DNA of 64,000 nucleotides from a candidate division FCPU426 bacterium. GTDB taxonomy: Bacteria > Oederibacteriota > Muellerivitia > Muellerivitales > Muellerivitaceae. The notes beneath the pieces were generated by a model. It was not told where the DNA came from. It did not search any database and saw only the letters and a list, made by a program, of their open reading frames with translations. The stretch covers positions 160,001 through 224,000 of the forward strand of contig CAWHOE010000006.1 in the NCBI GenBank assembly GCA_963830915.1, given 5' to 3'. Every line of letters begins with the position of its first letter. The stretch's first letter is position 1. Shown here piece by piece: positions 9,144 to 16,728 of the stretch. Made by a program: the position numbers and the translations under genes.

Positions 9144-9303
9144 TGGAAACTCCCCCGCCTGAGCCGAACGATCTGGCAGTTGAATGGATGGCGTAAAGAA
9201 ATTTAGTAGTGGGTCAGTTTGGCCCTGTGTAAGTTTAGTTTACACCTTCCAAACCAACCTTTTATTAAATTTTAAAGGGACAAAGTAATGAAAATATTAA
9301 CAG

Positions 9304-9334
9304 CCTTGACCGCTCAAGCATCAAGTAGTATAAA
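9304..9334 (+). promoter_or_regulatory. Sigma70-like leaderless promoter with palindromic operator (copy 1)
   Basis: TTGACC-17 bp-TATAAA, ATG 6 nt downstream at 9341; 18-mer CCTTGACCGCTCAAGCAT identical to 10460-10477. Confidence 0.7.
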
Positions 9335-9340
9335 TGATGT

Positions 9341-9572
9341 ATGCGAAAACAATCAAAAGACGAAAATACAACAGCTTTTAATATCGTTCAAAAGGCGACA
9401 GGAGAACCCATGCAACCACCGTCCAAAGAAGAACATTAGCCGAATTATGGCCCACATGGGCCGTAAGGGAGGGCTAAAAGGTGGAAAAGCCCGTGCGCAA
9501 TCCCTATCGGCATCAGATCGTAAATCCATTGCCCAAAAGGCCGCAAAAGCTCGTTGGCAGAAAAAAGGATAA
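9341..9572 (+). pseudogene. Small basic IS-associated protein (GRKGGLKGGKARA motif), frameshifted
   Basis: ATG 9341 reads MRKQSKDENTTAFNIVQKATGEPMQPPSKEEH then stops at 9437-9439; removing one base near 9434 joins it to ISRIMAHMGRKGGLKGGKARAQSLSASDRKSIAQKAAKARW. Confidence 0.7.
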
Positions 9573-9576
9573 CCTC

Positions 9577-10455
9577 GTGACAATTTGCGCTAGTGCGTTT
9601 ATTAAAATTGGCGAGGATATAAATATTACTTCCGTATGTGATAAAGAATTAACAACCCCATTTTTAAGATTAGAGGCTCGTGTAAAAAAATATGATCTAT
9701 TGGCAAAAAATTTGATCTGTTTATTTTCTAGCGAGGATATGAGTTTTATTTATGAGATAAACCGCGAAGTGAAAAAAGAAATTGATAATGAAATGAGGAT
9801 TTTACAAACCGAAGAAGTTGAAATAAAGAAATCGGCTAATATTTTCATTAAAAAATATAACGAATTGCTCAACAAAAGAATCGAACAACAAATATTTGGG
9901 TGGCGGAATTTGTCTTGGAACGAATATATTAGTGGAAGCAAACCGCTATCTGATACTCAAAAGAAAAAAATAGAAACAGAAATTGATGATTTAAAATTTA
10001 GACTTTCGGTTTCCGCCATTTTTTCTGGTGTGGAAAACAAGAAAACCCCCCAAATATTTATGGTTTCTAATAACAATTTGGAAGATTGCACCCCATATGG
10101 ATATGCGGCCATCGGTTCGGGTGCTGATCTAGCCACCCTTCAATTTGAAGCTTTTGATTTTTCGCCCACAAAAGCCAAATTTTTTGAAATGCCGATTCTT
10201 ATGTACTTTGCAAAAAAAAGAGCAGAAAAAGCCCATGGAGTTGGAGAAGGAACCGATTTAATTCATTTGTGGACATTTGAAGGTAAATTAAACACGGTTG
10301 AAGTCGTAGATGGAGTTAAAGAAAAAATGGATAAATTTTTTGTTGAATTGAAAAACGCAGAATCAAAAAGCATCACTGATCTTTCCATGACTTTTGCAAG
10401 CGAGCTTATGGGACCCGAATTCCTAAAAAACTATACACAGAATAATACACAATAA
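9577..10455 (+). CDS. Proteasome-beta/HslV-like Ntn-hydrolase passenger protein
   Basis: GTG 9577 with AAGGA SD gives M-TICASAF (Thr exposed after Met removal); later VCDKELT, YAAIGSGADLA and AKKRAEKAHGVG-type motifs. Confidence 0.65.
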   Translation: MTICASAFIKIGEDINITSVCDKELTTPFLRLEARVKKYDLLAKNLICLFSSEDMSFIYEINREVKKEIDNEMRILQTEEVEIKKSANIFIKKYNELLNKRIEQQIFGWRNLSWNEYISGSKPLSDTQKKKIETEIDDLKFRLSVSAIFSGVENKKTPQIFMVSNNNLEDCTPYGYAAIGSGADLATLQFEAFDFSPTKAKFFEMPILMYFAKKRAEKAHGVGEGTDLIHLWTFEGKLNTVEVVDGVKEKMDKFFVELKNAESKSITDLSMTFASELMGPEFLKNYTQNNTQ

Positions 10456-10459
10456 TTTT

Positions 10460-10490
10460 CCTTGACCGCTCAAGCATAACCTGCTATAGT
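10460..10490 (+). promoter_or_regulatory. Sigma70-like leaderless transposase promoter with palindromic operator (copy 2)
   Basis: TTGACC-17 bp-TATAGT with extended TG; ATG 6 nt downstream at 10497; no SD. Confidence 0.7.
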
Positions 10491-10496
10491 TACTTC

Positions 10497-11351
10497 ATGA
10501 ACAAGTTATCCCCGCAAGAACAAGCACAAGTCATCAACTGCCTAGTGGAAGGTAATTCCATTCGGTCAACAGTGCGAATGACTGGTGTGGCAAAGAACAC
10601 CATTCAAAAACTTCTTTTAAGTGTCGGTGGGGCTTGCGAGACATTTCAAAGGGAAAGTATTAAGGGCGTAAATTCTACACGAGTTCAATGTGATGAGATT
10701 TGGGCCTTCTGTTATGCCAAAGAAAAGAACGTGCCGAAAGAGTGTAAAGGACTTCCTGGATTTGGCGATACTTGGACATTTACCGCTATAGATCAAGATA
10801 ACAAAATGTGCCTCACTTGGTTTGTCGGTGATCGGACAGCCGCAAGTTGTTTAACATTTTTAAGGGATTTAAAAACTAGGATCAACGGTCACATACAATT
10901 AACCACTGATGCTTTCAAGGGATACAAAGTTACCGTTAATCAAGTGTTCACCAACGAAGAAATAGATTACGCAATGTTGAAAAAGATTTATGGAACACCT
11001 TGGTATAATCCAAGTCCGAACCGCAAATACTCCCCCGGTGTTTGCACCGGTGTTTATAAGACCCCAATGAAGGGCAACCCGAAGAATGAAGATATTTGCA
11101 CTTCACACGTTGAAAGAGCTAACTTGACGATGAGGATGAAAATGAGAAGATTCACACGACTCACAAACGCTTTTAGTAAGAAACTAGCCAATATGAAAGC
11201 GGCTATAGCCTTACACTTTATGCACTACAACTATTGCCGAATTCATCAAACGCTTAAAGTAACGCCAGCAATGGCGGCAGGATTAACTAATCGGGCTTGG
11301 AGTATTGAGGATGTTTTGGGTTTATTGCAGGAAAAAATAAAAGCGGCCTAA
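10497..11351 (+). CDS. IS1-family-like DDE transposase
   Basis: N-terminal HTH (LVEGNSIRSTVRMTGVAKNT); QCDEIW, TTDAF, TSHVERANLTMR, RRFTRLTNAFSKK, TPAMAAG. Confidence 0.9.
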   Translation: MNKLSPQEQAQVINCLVEGNSIRSTVRMTGVAKNTIQKLLLSVGGACETFQRESIKGVNSTRVQCDEIWAFCYAKEKNVPKECKGLPGFGDTWTFTAIDQDNKMCLTWFVGDRTAASCLTFLRDLKTRINGHIQLTTDAFKGYKVTVNQVFTNEEIDYAMLKKIYGTPWYNPSPNRKYSPGVCTGVYKTPMKGNPKNEDICTSHVERANLTMRMKMRRFTRLTNAFSKKLANMKAAIALHFMHYNYCRIHQTLKVTPAMAAGLTNRAWSIEDVLGLLQEKIKAA

Positions 11352-11370
11352 AAGAAAAACAACTTGGTTA

Positions 11371-11625
11371 TTATAACGAAGAGGTTTTAAAGAGTCTAGA
11401 AAAAAAGTGTACAAAGGTATTCCAATGGTTTTCGGACCCTGGAATTTTTATTGCTTTAACGAGTTCTCCATCAAATTGAGCACCCTGCATACTTAGTAAT
11501 TGTTGATGGGCCTCCTCAATATTCTTCCCTTTAATTTTTAATTCAAATTTTTGCCCACCAAATTGATATGAAAACAAATAAATTTTATAATCATTGGTAT
11601 CTTTAACAGGAAGGGGGTGATTCAT
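11371..11625 (-). CDS. Small hypothetical passenger protein
   Basis: 84-aa ORF with globular beta-beta-alpha-like composition (YLFSYQFGGQKFELKIKGKNIEEA); start uncertain. Confidence 0.5.
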   Translation of the reverse strand: MNHPLPVKDTNDYKIYLFSYQFGGQKFELKIKGKNIEEAHQQLLSMQGAQFDGELVKAIKIPGSENHWNTFVHFFSRLFKTSSL

Positions 11626-11626
11626 T

Positions 11627-11812
11627 ATGTACTTTCAGATCTATGTAGATCGTGCGGGTCGTTGGAGGTGGAGATTAATTTCTCCTGGAACTACTCTAAC
11701 GGCTTCTCGCATCATCGCTGAATCGAATGAAGGTTTTCTCTATCAGCAAAGCTGTTTAGATGAAATCGGTTTAGTGAAGCAATCATGGAATGCTTCTGTT
11801 TATCAAGTTTAA
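11627..11812 (+). CDS. DUF1508/YegP-family protein
   Basis: FQIYVDRAGRWRWRL...IIAESNEGF...C...I pattern; GGGGGTG SD. Confidence 0.8.
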   Translation: MYFQIYVDRAGRWRWRLISPGTTLTASRIIAESNEGFLYQQSCLDEIGLVKQSWNASVYQV

Positions 11813-11836
11813 ACGGAAGTAAGCCATGAAGCGGAA

Positions 11837-11864
11837 CCTACAGGGTGTTTTTGCACCCTGTAGG
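11837..11864. terminator. Perfect 11-bp hairpin inside the element, possible terminator
   Basis: CCTACAGGGTG-TTTTTG-CACCCTGTAGG downstream of DUF1508; no clear U tail. Confidence 0.45.
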
Positions 11865-12040
11865 ATTCTAACAAAGGTGCAACACTTACTCTCACACCTT
11901 CATTTTAAGACGAAATACTTATACCACACATTTCAGCAGGAAAAACTACCACGATCCCAAAAATGATTATTAGATAAAGATTTTAGATGTATTTTTTTAG
12001 GTTGACAGGCTATCAATTTGAAACTGACCCATTACCAGAA

Positions 12041-12069
12041 ATTTTACACCTGCCAGGCTCTTTGAACAA
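12041..12069 (-). promoter_or_regulatory. Probable native sigma70 promoter of the sigma54-activator operon, now separated from it by the IS
   Basis: Minus strand TTGTTC-17 bp-TAAAAT; the -10 overlaps the TSD. Confidence 0.5.
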
Positions 12070-12104
12070 AAAAAAAGGCCCCAGCGTTGCCGCCGGAGCC
12101 TTTT
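12068..12104 (-). terminator. pnp intrinsic terminator
   Basis: Minus strand AAGGCTCCGGCG-GCAA-CGCTGGGGCCTT plus T run, just after the pnp stop. Confidence 0.85.
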
Positions 12105-12116
12105 CCTCGGTTAAAC

Positions 12117-14228
12117 CTACTTGTTCTTGTAATCCTCGATCTTCAACCCCAGCGCTTCCTTCCGGGAAAGCTTGATCTTCTTGGTCTTGGGATCGATCCC
12201 GATGCACTTCACCAGGAGCTCGTCGCCCTCTTTCAGGACGTCTTCCACCCGTTCCACCCGTCCTTTATCCAGCTGGGAGATATGGACCAATCCGTCGGTG
12301 CCAGGCAGGATCTCGACGAAAGCGCCGAAATCCATGATCTTTTTCACGGTACCAAAATAGATCTTGCCCTCTTCCGCCTCGGCCATCAAACCGCCGATGA
12401 ACTTCTGGGCATTCTCGATGTCCGTCCCGTTCGCCGAGGAGATGTGGACGCTCCCGTCATCCTCCACGCTCACTTCCACGTGGTAGTCATCCTGGATCTT
12501 CTTGATGGTGGACCCGCCCTTCCCGATGACCTCTCGGATCTTATCCACCGGCACCTTCATGGTGACGATGCGGGGGGCGTAAGGCGACATCTTCTCCCGG
12601 GGCTGGGATAATGTCTTGTCCATGATGTCCAGGATGGTCAACCGGCCTTGCTTGGCTTGGGCCAATCCCTTCTCAACGACCTCGAAAGGCAGGCCGAAGA
12701 TCTTGATGTCCATCTGGATGGCCGTGATGCCCTTGCGGGTTCCCGCGACCTTGAAATCCATGTCCCCAAAATGATCTTCCAGACCTTGGATGTCCGTCAG
12801 GATGGCGTATTTGGAGACGTCCTCGTTGGAGACGAGGCCGAGGGCCACGCCCGCGCAAGGGCTCTTCAAAGGCACACCCGCGTCCATCAGGGACAAGGCG
12901 CCTCCGCAAACCGAGGCCATGGAGGATGATCCGTTGGATTCCAGGATGTCCGAGGTCACCTGGACCGTGTAAGGGAAATCATCGTGGGAAGGCAGCAAGG
13001 GCTCCAAGGCCCTTTCGGCCAGGGCGCCATGCCCGATCTCCCGTCGGCCAGGGCCGCTCAAGCGTTTGATCTCGCCCACCGAATAAGGCGGGAAGTTGTA
13101 ATGCAGCATGAACCTCTTCTTCTGCTCCCCTTCTAGTTCCTCGAGGATCTGTTGATCGTCCTTGGTCCCCAAAGTCGTGACCACCAGGGCCTGGGTCTGA
13201 CCGCGAGTGAAGAGCGCAGACCCATGGGTCCGGGGCAACACGCCCACTTCGCAGGCGATGGGTCGGAACTCGTCGAACTTACGGCCGTCCTGGCGTTCGT
13301 GGCGGTCCAGGATGGCTTCGCGCACCAGGTCCGACTCGATGGAATGCATGATGCCGTGGATGTCTTTTTCTTTTTCCGGGTACTTGGCTTTCAGGGTCTC
13401 GACTGCGTCCTTGCCGACTTGGGCGATCTTCTCCTGACGATTGAGTTTGTCCTTCTCAGCCATGGCTTCCTTCATCTTGGGAAGTGCGAACGCCTTCACG
13501 TCGGCGACCAGCGCCTCGTCAGGCTTCACCAGGGTGAGGGTGCGCTTGGGTTTGCCCGCCTTCTTCACCAACTGCTCTTGCAGGTCGATGATCTTCTGGC
13601 ATTCCTTGTGGGCCAGCTTGATGGCCTCGAAGATGACCGATTCGGACTCTTCTTTCGCCCCGCCCTCGACCATGACCACCGCCTTGCGGCTAGCGGCCAC
13701 GACCAGGTCCAGGGTGCTGGTCTCCATCTGCTTGAACGTGGGATTGACGACCAGGTCGCCGTTGATCCGGCCGACTCTCACGCAGCCGAACATATCCGCC
13801 ACCGGGATATCGGAGACCGCCAAGGCCGCCGAAGCGGCCGAAACCGCCAGGACGTCCGAATCATTCTCCTGATCGGAGGAAATGACGGTGATCATCATCT
13901 GGACCTCATTGGTGAAACCATCGGGGAATAGGGGACGGATGGGACGGTCGATTAGACGGGAAGTCAGGGTTTCCTTGGTGCGGGGACGGCCCTCGCGCTT
14001 GAACCAGCCTCCCGGGATACGGCCCGCGGAGGAAGACCTCTCGCGGTACTCAACGGTAAGTGGGAAAAAATCCTTTCCCGGCATGGGGTCCTTGGCGCCG
14101 ACCACGGCCGCTAATACCACGGTCTCTCCCAACTGGGCCAGGACCGCTCCATCCGCTTGTTTGGCCATACGGCCGGTTTCCAGCGAAAAAGTCGTTTGCG
14201 CCAAAGCGCAGCTTACTCGCTCTGTCAT
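12117..14228 (-). CDS. pnp: Polyribonucleotide nucleotidyltransferase
   Basis: FFPLTVEY, RLIDRPIRPLF, RREIGHG, ESNGSSSMAS, GDMDFKVAG, KH and S1 domains; start MTERVS with AGGAGG SD. Confidence 0.98.
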   Translation of the reverse strand: MTERVSCALAQTTFSLETGRMAKQADGAVLAQLGETVVLAAVVGAKDPMPGKDFFPLTVEYRERSSSAGRIPGGWFKREGRPRTKETLTSRLIDRPIRPLFPDGFTNEVQMMITVISSDQENDSDVLAVSAASAALAVSDIPVADMFGCVRVGRINGDLVVNPTFKQMETSTLDLVVAASRKAVVMVEGGAKEESESVIFEAIKLAHKECQKIIDLQEQLVKKAGKPKRTLTLVKPDEALVADVKAFALPKMKEAMAEKDKLNRQEKIAQVGKDAVETLKAKYPEKEKDIHGIMHSIESDLVREAILDRHERQDGRKFDEFRPIACEVGVLPRTHGSALFTRGQTQALVVTTLGTKDDQQILEELEGEQKKRFMLHYNFPPYSVGEIKRLSGPGRREIGHGALAERALEPLLPSHDDFPYTVQVTSDILESNGSSSMASVCGGALSLMDAGVPLKSPCAGVALGLVSNEDVSKYAILTDIQGLEDHFGDMDFKVAGTRKGITAIQMDIKIFGLPFEVVEKGLAQAKQGRLTILDIMDKTLSQPREKMSPYAPRIVTMKVPVDKIREVIGKGGSTIKKIQDDYHVEVSVEDDGSVHISSANGTDIENAQKFIGGLMAEAEEGKIYFGTVKKIMDFGAFVEILPGTDGLVHISQLDKGRVERVEDVLKEGDELLVKCIGIDPKTKKIKLSRKEALGLKIEDYKNK

Positions 14229-14297
14229 GAAAAGCCTCCTCTGTGTATTTGGGTGAAAACTGCTCGTGCTTCCGAATAAATGCGCCTCCCGGAAAGA

Positions 14298-14389
14298 CCA
14301 CCCCAAAGACACAAAGGCACAAAGGAAAGGAAAATGGACGGCTGGGCCGGCATTTTAATTTTCTCTGTGGCTCCGTGTCTCCGCGGCGG
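14298..14389 (-). promoter_or_regulatory. Long stem-loop in the rpsO-pnp intergenic leader
   Basis: 27-nt arms 14298-14324 and 14363-14389 pair at 25 of 27 positions on the mRNA strand, including 6 G-U pairs. Confidence 0.65.
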
Positions 14390-14421
14390 GATCCTCCAGG
14401 AAGGCGTGTTGTTTGACTAAA

Positions 14422-14688
14422 TTACTTGCGAAGTCCCAGGCGGTCGAGGAGCGCGGCATAGCGCTTCACGTCGGTTTTTTTCAAATAATCCAGGAGACGG
14501 CGCCTTTGGCCGACCAGTTTCAACAAGCCTCGGCGGGACGCGTGATCCTTGGGATGGGATTTGAAATGCTCGGTCAGGTACTTGATTCGCTCGGTCATCA
14601 GGGCGATCTGGACTTCCGGCGACCCGGTGTCCCCTTCTTTTTGTTTAAAGTCCTGAATCAGCTGGGTCTTCTTGTCTTTCGTCATCAT
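14422..14688 (-). CDS. rpsO: 30S ribosomal protein S15
   Basis: [42 protein letters not shown]. Confidence 0.98.
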   Translation of the reverse strand: MMTKDKKTQLIQDFKQKEGDTGSPEVQIALMTERIKYLTEHFKSHPKDHASRRGLLKLVGQRRRLLDYLKKTDVKRYAALLDRLGLRK

Positions 14689-14889
14689 CTGGAATCCTCC
14701 ATGAACTTTTTTAGTGCCGGGCTCCCCTGATCTCCGAGCGGCCGTTAGAGGAACGGCCTCCAAGAGAAGGATCAAAGCCTTGCGTCGCTTGAAAACCCAA
14801 AGGACTTCCAAGCAAGGGGGGTATTTTAGGTAGTTTGAGGGGGGGTGTAAAGGGTTATTGCCGGGACGGATCAGGGGAAAACCCTGTGA

Positions 14890-15798
14890 TCACAGGGCTT
14901 TTACACCCTTCAGGGGTGTATTCATGGTCCGATGGATGTCCTTGCGGATCTGCCGGACCAGTTCCTTCGACGAGGAAAACTTTTTTTCAGGCCGCAGGTA
15001 ACTTAGAAGGTGGACCGTCATCCTCTTGCCATAGAGCCTGCCGTAATAATGGAGCAGATGGACTTCCGCCAAACGGCGATGGTCGTCCTCTTTGAAGGTC
15101 GGTCTTTTTCCCAAATTCATGGCGGCCCGATAGATCCGGTCGCCGAGCCTTACCCCGCAAGCGTAGACCCCGTCCTTGGGCAGCAGCTGTTCGGCACGGA
15201 GATTCGCCGTCGGGAACCCGATCTGATGCCCGAGGTGTTTCCCATGAACCACCTCTCCCCCGATGGCGTAGGCCCGGCCCAGCATCCTGTTGGCCAACAC
15301 GGTCTTTCCCTCGGATAACAACCGGCGGATCTGGGTCGAGGAAATGACCCTTTTCCCCAATCGCACTGGTTTCACATCCACGACTCGAAAATCGTACTTC
15401 AAGCCCATTCGTTTCAAAAGACCAACGTCTCCCGAAGCGTCCTTCCCGAACCTGAAGTTATCTCCCACGACGATGGCCCTGATGTTGAACCGGGAGCGGA
15501 GCCATTGGATGAATTGTTCGGGGCTTTTCCTTGAGAAGGACCGGGTGAAATGCAGGACCTGGAGCCGACGGATACCTTCCCGTCTCAAGAGCAGAAAGGT
15601 CTCATGCCTTGGAAGGAGGAAGGGGATGCGGGGCCCGCCGTCCAGGACATGCATGGGATGGTCCTCGAAGGTGAGGGCCATCGGGTCCGCCTTCAGGCGT
15701 CGGGATAACAGGACCGTCCGATGGATCAAGGCTCGGTGGCCTCGATGCACCCCATCGAACACTCCAATGGTGATGACGACCGACGGCTTCTGGCTCAA
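14890..15798 (-). CDS. ribF: Bifunctional riboflavin kinase/FAD synthetase
   Basis: IGVFDGVHRGH, VGDNFRFG, ISSTQIR, GFPTAN; TTG start overlapping the truB stop. Confidence 0.95.
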   Translation of the reverse strand: MSQKPSVVITIGVFDGVHRGHRALIHRTVLLSRRLKADPMALTFEDHPMHVLDGGPRIPFLLPRHETFLLLRREGIRRLQVLHFTRSFSRKSPEQFIQWLRSRFNIRAIVVGDNFRFGKDASGDVGLLKRMGLKYDFRVVDVKPVRLGKRVISSTQIRRLLSEGKTVLANRMLGRAYAIGGEVVHGKHLGHQIGFPTANLRAEQLLPKDGVYACGVRLGDRIYRAAMNLGKRPTFKEDDHRRLAEVHLLHYYGRLYGKRMTVHLLSYLRPEKKFSSSKELVRQIRKDIHRTMNTPLKGVKAL

Positions 15799-16679
15799 AG
15801 GATTCCCTCCGACCCGAACACCTTTTTGGGTCTTAGTTCCCCTTCCGACGATACGTCCCCGATAACGGATAGCTGCCCTTTCGGGTTCAGGACGCGGTAG
15901 AACCCGGACGCGAGGGCGGGCATGTTCATTTTCTTGCCCTTGCATAGATCGTCCAACATTCTCCCTTCCAGTCGTATCTCTTGTAGATGTTGAACCAACA
16001 CGCTGGATGGGAACAAGATATCGGAAAGACGGCCTTCTTCCATCTTTTTTTTCAGGTTCTCGGGAGTAGTGGTTTTTTCAATGGGGAAAGGCCCTACCCT
16101 GGTCCTTTCCAGGCTCTCCAGGCAGCCTCCCACCCCCAGATCCTCGCCCAAAGTCTGGCACAAGACCCTCACATAGGTACCCGCTGAACAAGTCACCCGA
16201 AATGTCACCCGGGGTATGGCCAGCGTCAGGATCTCCACCTTAAATATCCGGACAAGCCTGGCCTGCCGTTCCACGACCAAACCTTGGCGAGCCAATTCAT
16301 AGAGTCTTTTTCCACCGGACTTGACCGCCGACACCATCGGCGGGATCTGCTGGGTGATCTCACGCAGCTTGAGGACCCCTTCCTTGACCCTTTCCTCGGT
16401 CAACTCTAATGTGGGGGTTTCACTTTCCACTTTACCGGTGACATCACAGCTGTTGGTCGTCCGTCCCAATAGACAGGTCGCCAAATATTCCTTGTCATAA
16501 GTGGAGAATTCTATCAAGCGGGTAGCGATCCCAAGGGCCAGGGGAAGGACCCCGGTGGCCATCGGATCAAGCGTTCCCAAGTGCCCGATCCGGCTTTCTT
16601 GGGTCAACCGACGGACGGCCAGCACCACATCGTGAGAGGTGAGAGAAGGTGGTTTGTTGATGTTCAGGACGCCGTTCAT
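15795..16679 (-). CDS. truB: tRNA pseudouridine(55) synthase
   Basis: NKPPSLTSHDVV, GHLGTLDPMATGVL, CSAGTYVR. Confidence 0.97.
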   Translation of the reverse strand: MNGVLNINKPPSLTSHDVVLAVRRLTQESRIGHLGTLDPMATGVLPLALGIATRLIEFSTYDKEYLATCLLGRTTNSCDVTGKVESETPTLELTEERVKEGVLKLREITQQIPPMVSAVKSGGKRLYELARQGLVVERQARLVRIFKVEILTLAIPRVTFRVTCSAGTYVRVLCQTLGEDLGVGGCLESLERTRVGPFPIEKTTTPENLKKKMEEGRLSDILFPSSVLVQHLQEIRLEGRMLDDLCKGKKMNMPALASGFYRVLNPKGQLSVIGDVSSEGELRPKKVFGSEGIL

Positions 16680-16728
16680 GTTGTTCTCAGTTGGACGAGG
16701 ATCCGGCGAATGGTTTGGGAAACGAGGT

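Larger units (their letters stand above)
9205..12036 (+). mobile_element. IS1-family-like insertion element with passenger genes (2832 bp)
   Basis: Imperfect terminal inverted repeats AGTAGTGGGTCAGTTT (from 9205) and GGTAATGGGTCAGTTT (reverse complement ending 12036); 8-bp direct repeat AGAAATTT at 9197-9204 and 12037-12044; visibly AT-rich; DDE transposase inside. Confidence 0.9.

Noticed and set aside
9288..9340. N-terminus of the ORF-track 94-aa protein (MKILTALT...)
   Set aside because: Overlaps the promoter/operator; ATG 9341 with a frameshift fits the duplicated promoter geometry better
9481..9576. N-terminal extension of the 324-aa ORF
   Set aside because: Overlaps the small basic gene; GTG 9577 has an SD and exposes the expected Thr
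9205..12036. Prophage remnant or IS200/IS605 (TnpB/IscB) element
   Set aside because: No phage genes, HUH transposase or RuvC motifs; TIRs, TSD and DDE motifs indicate an IS1-like element
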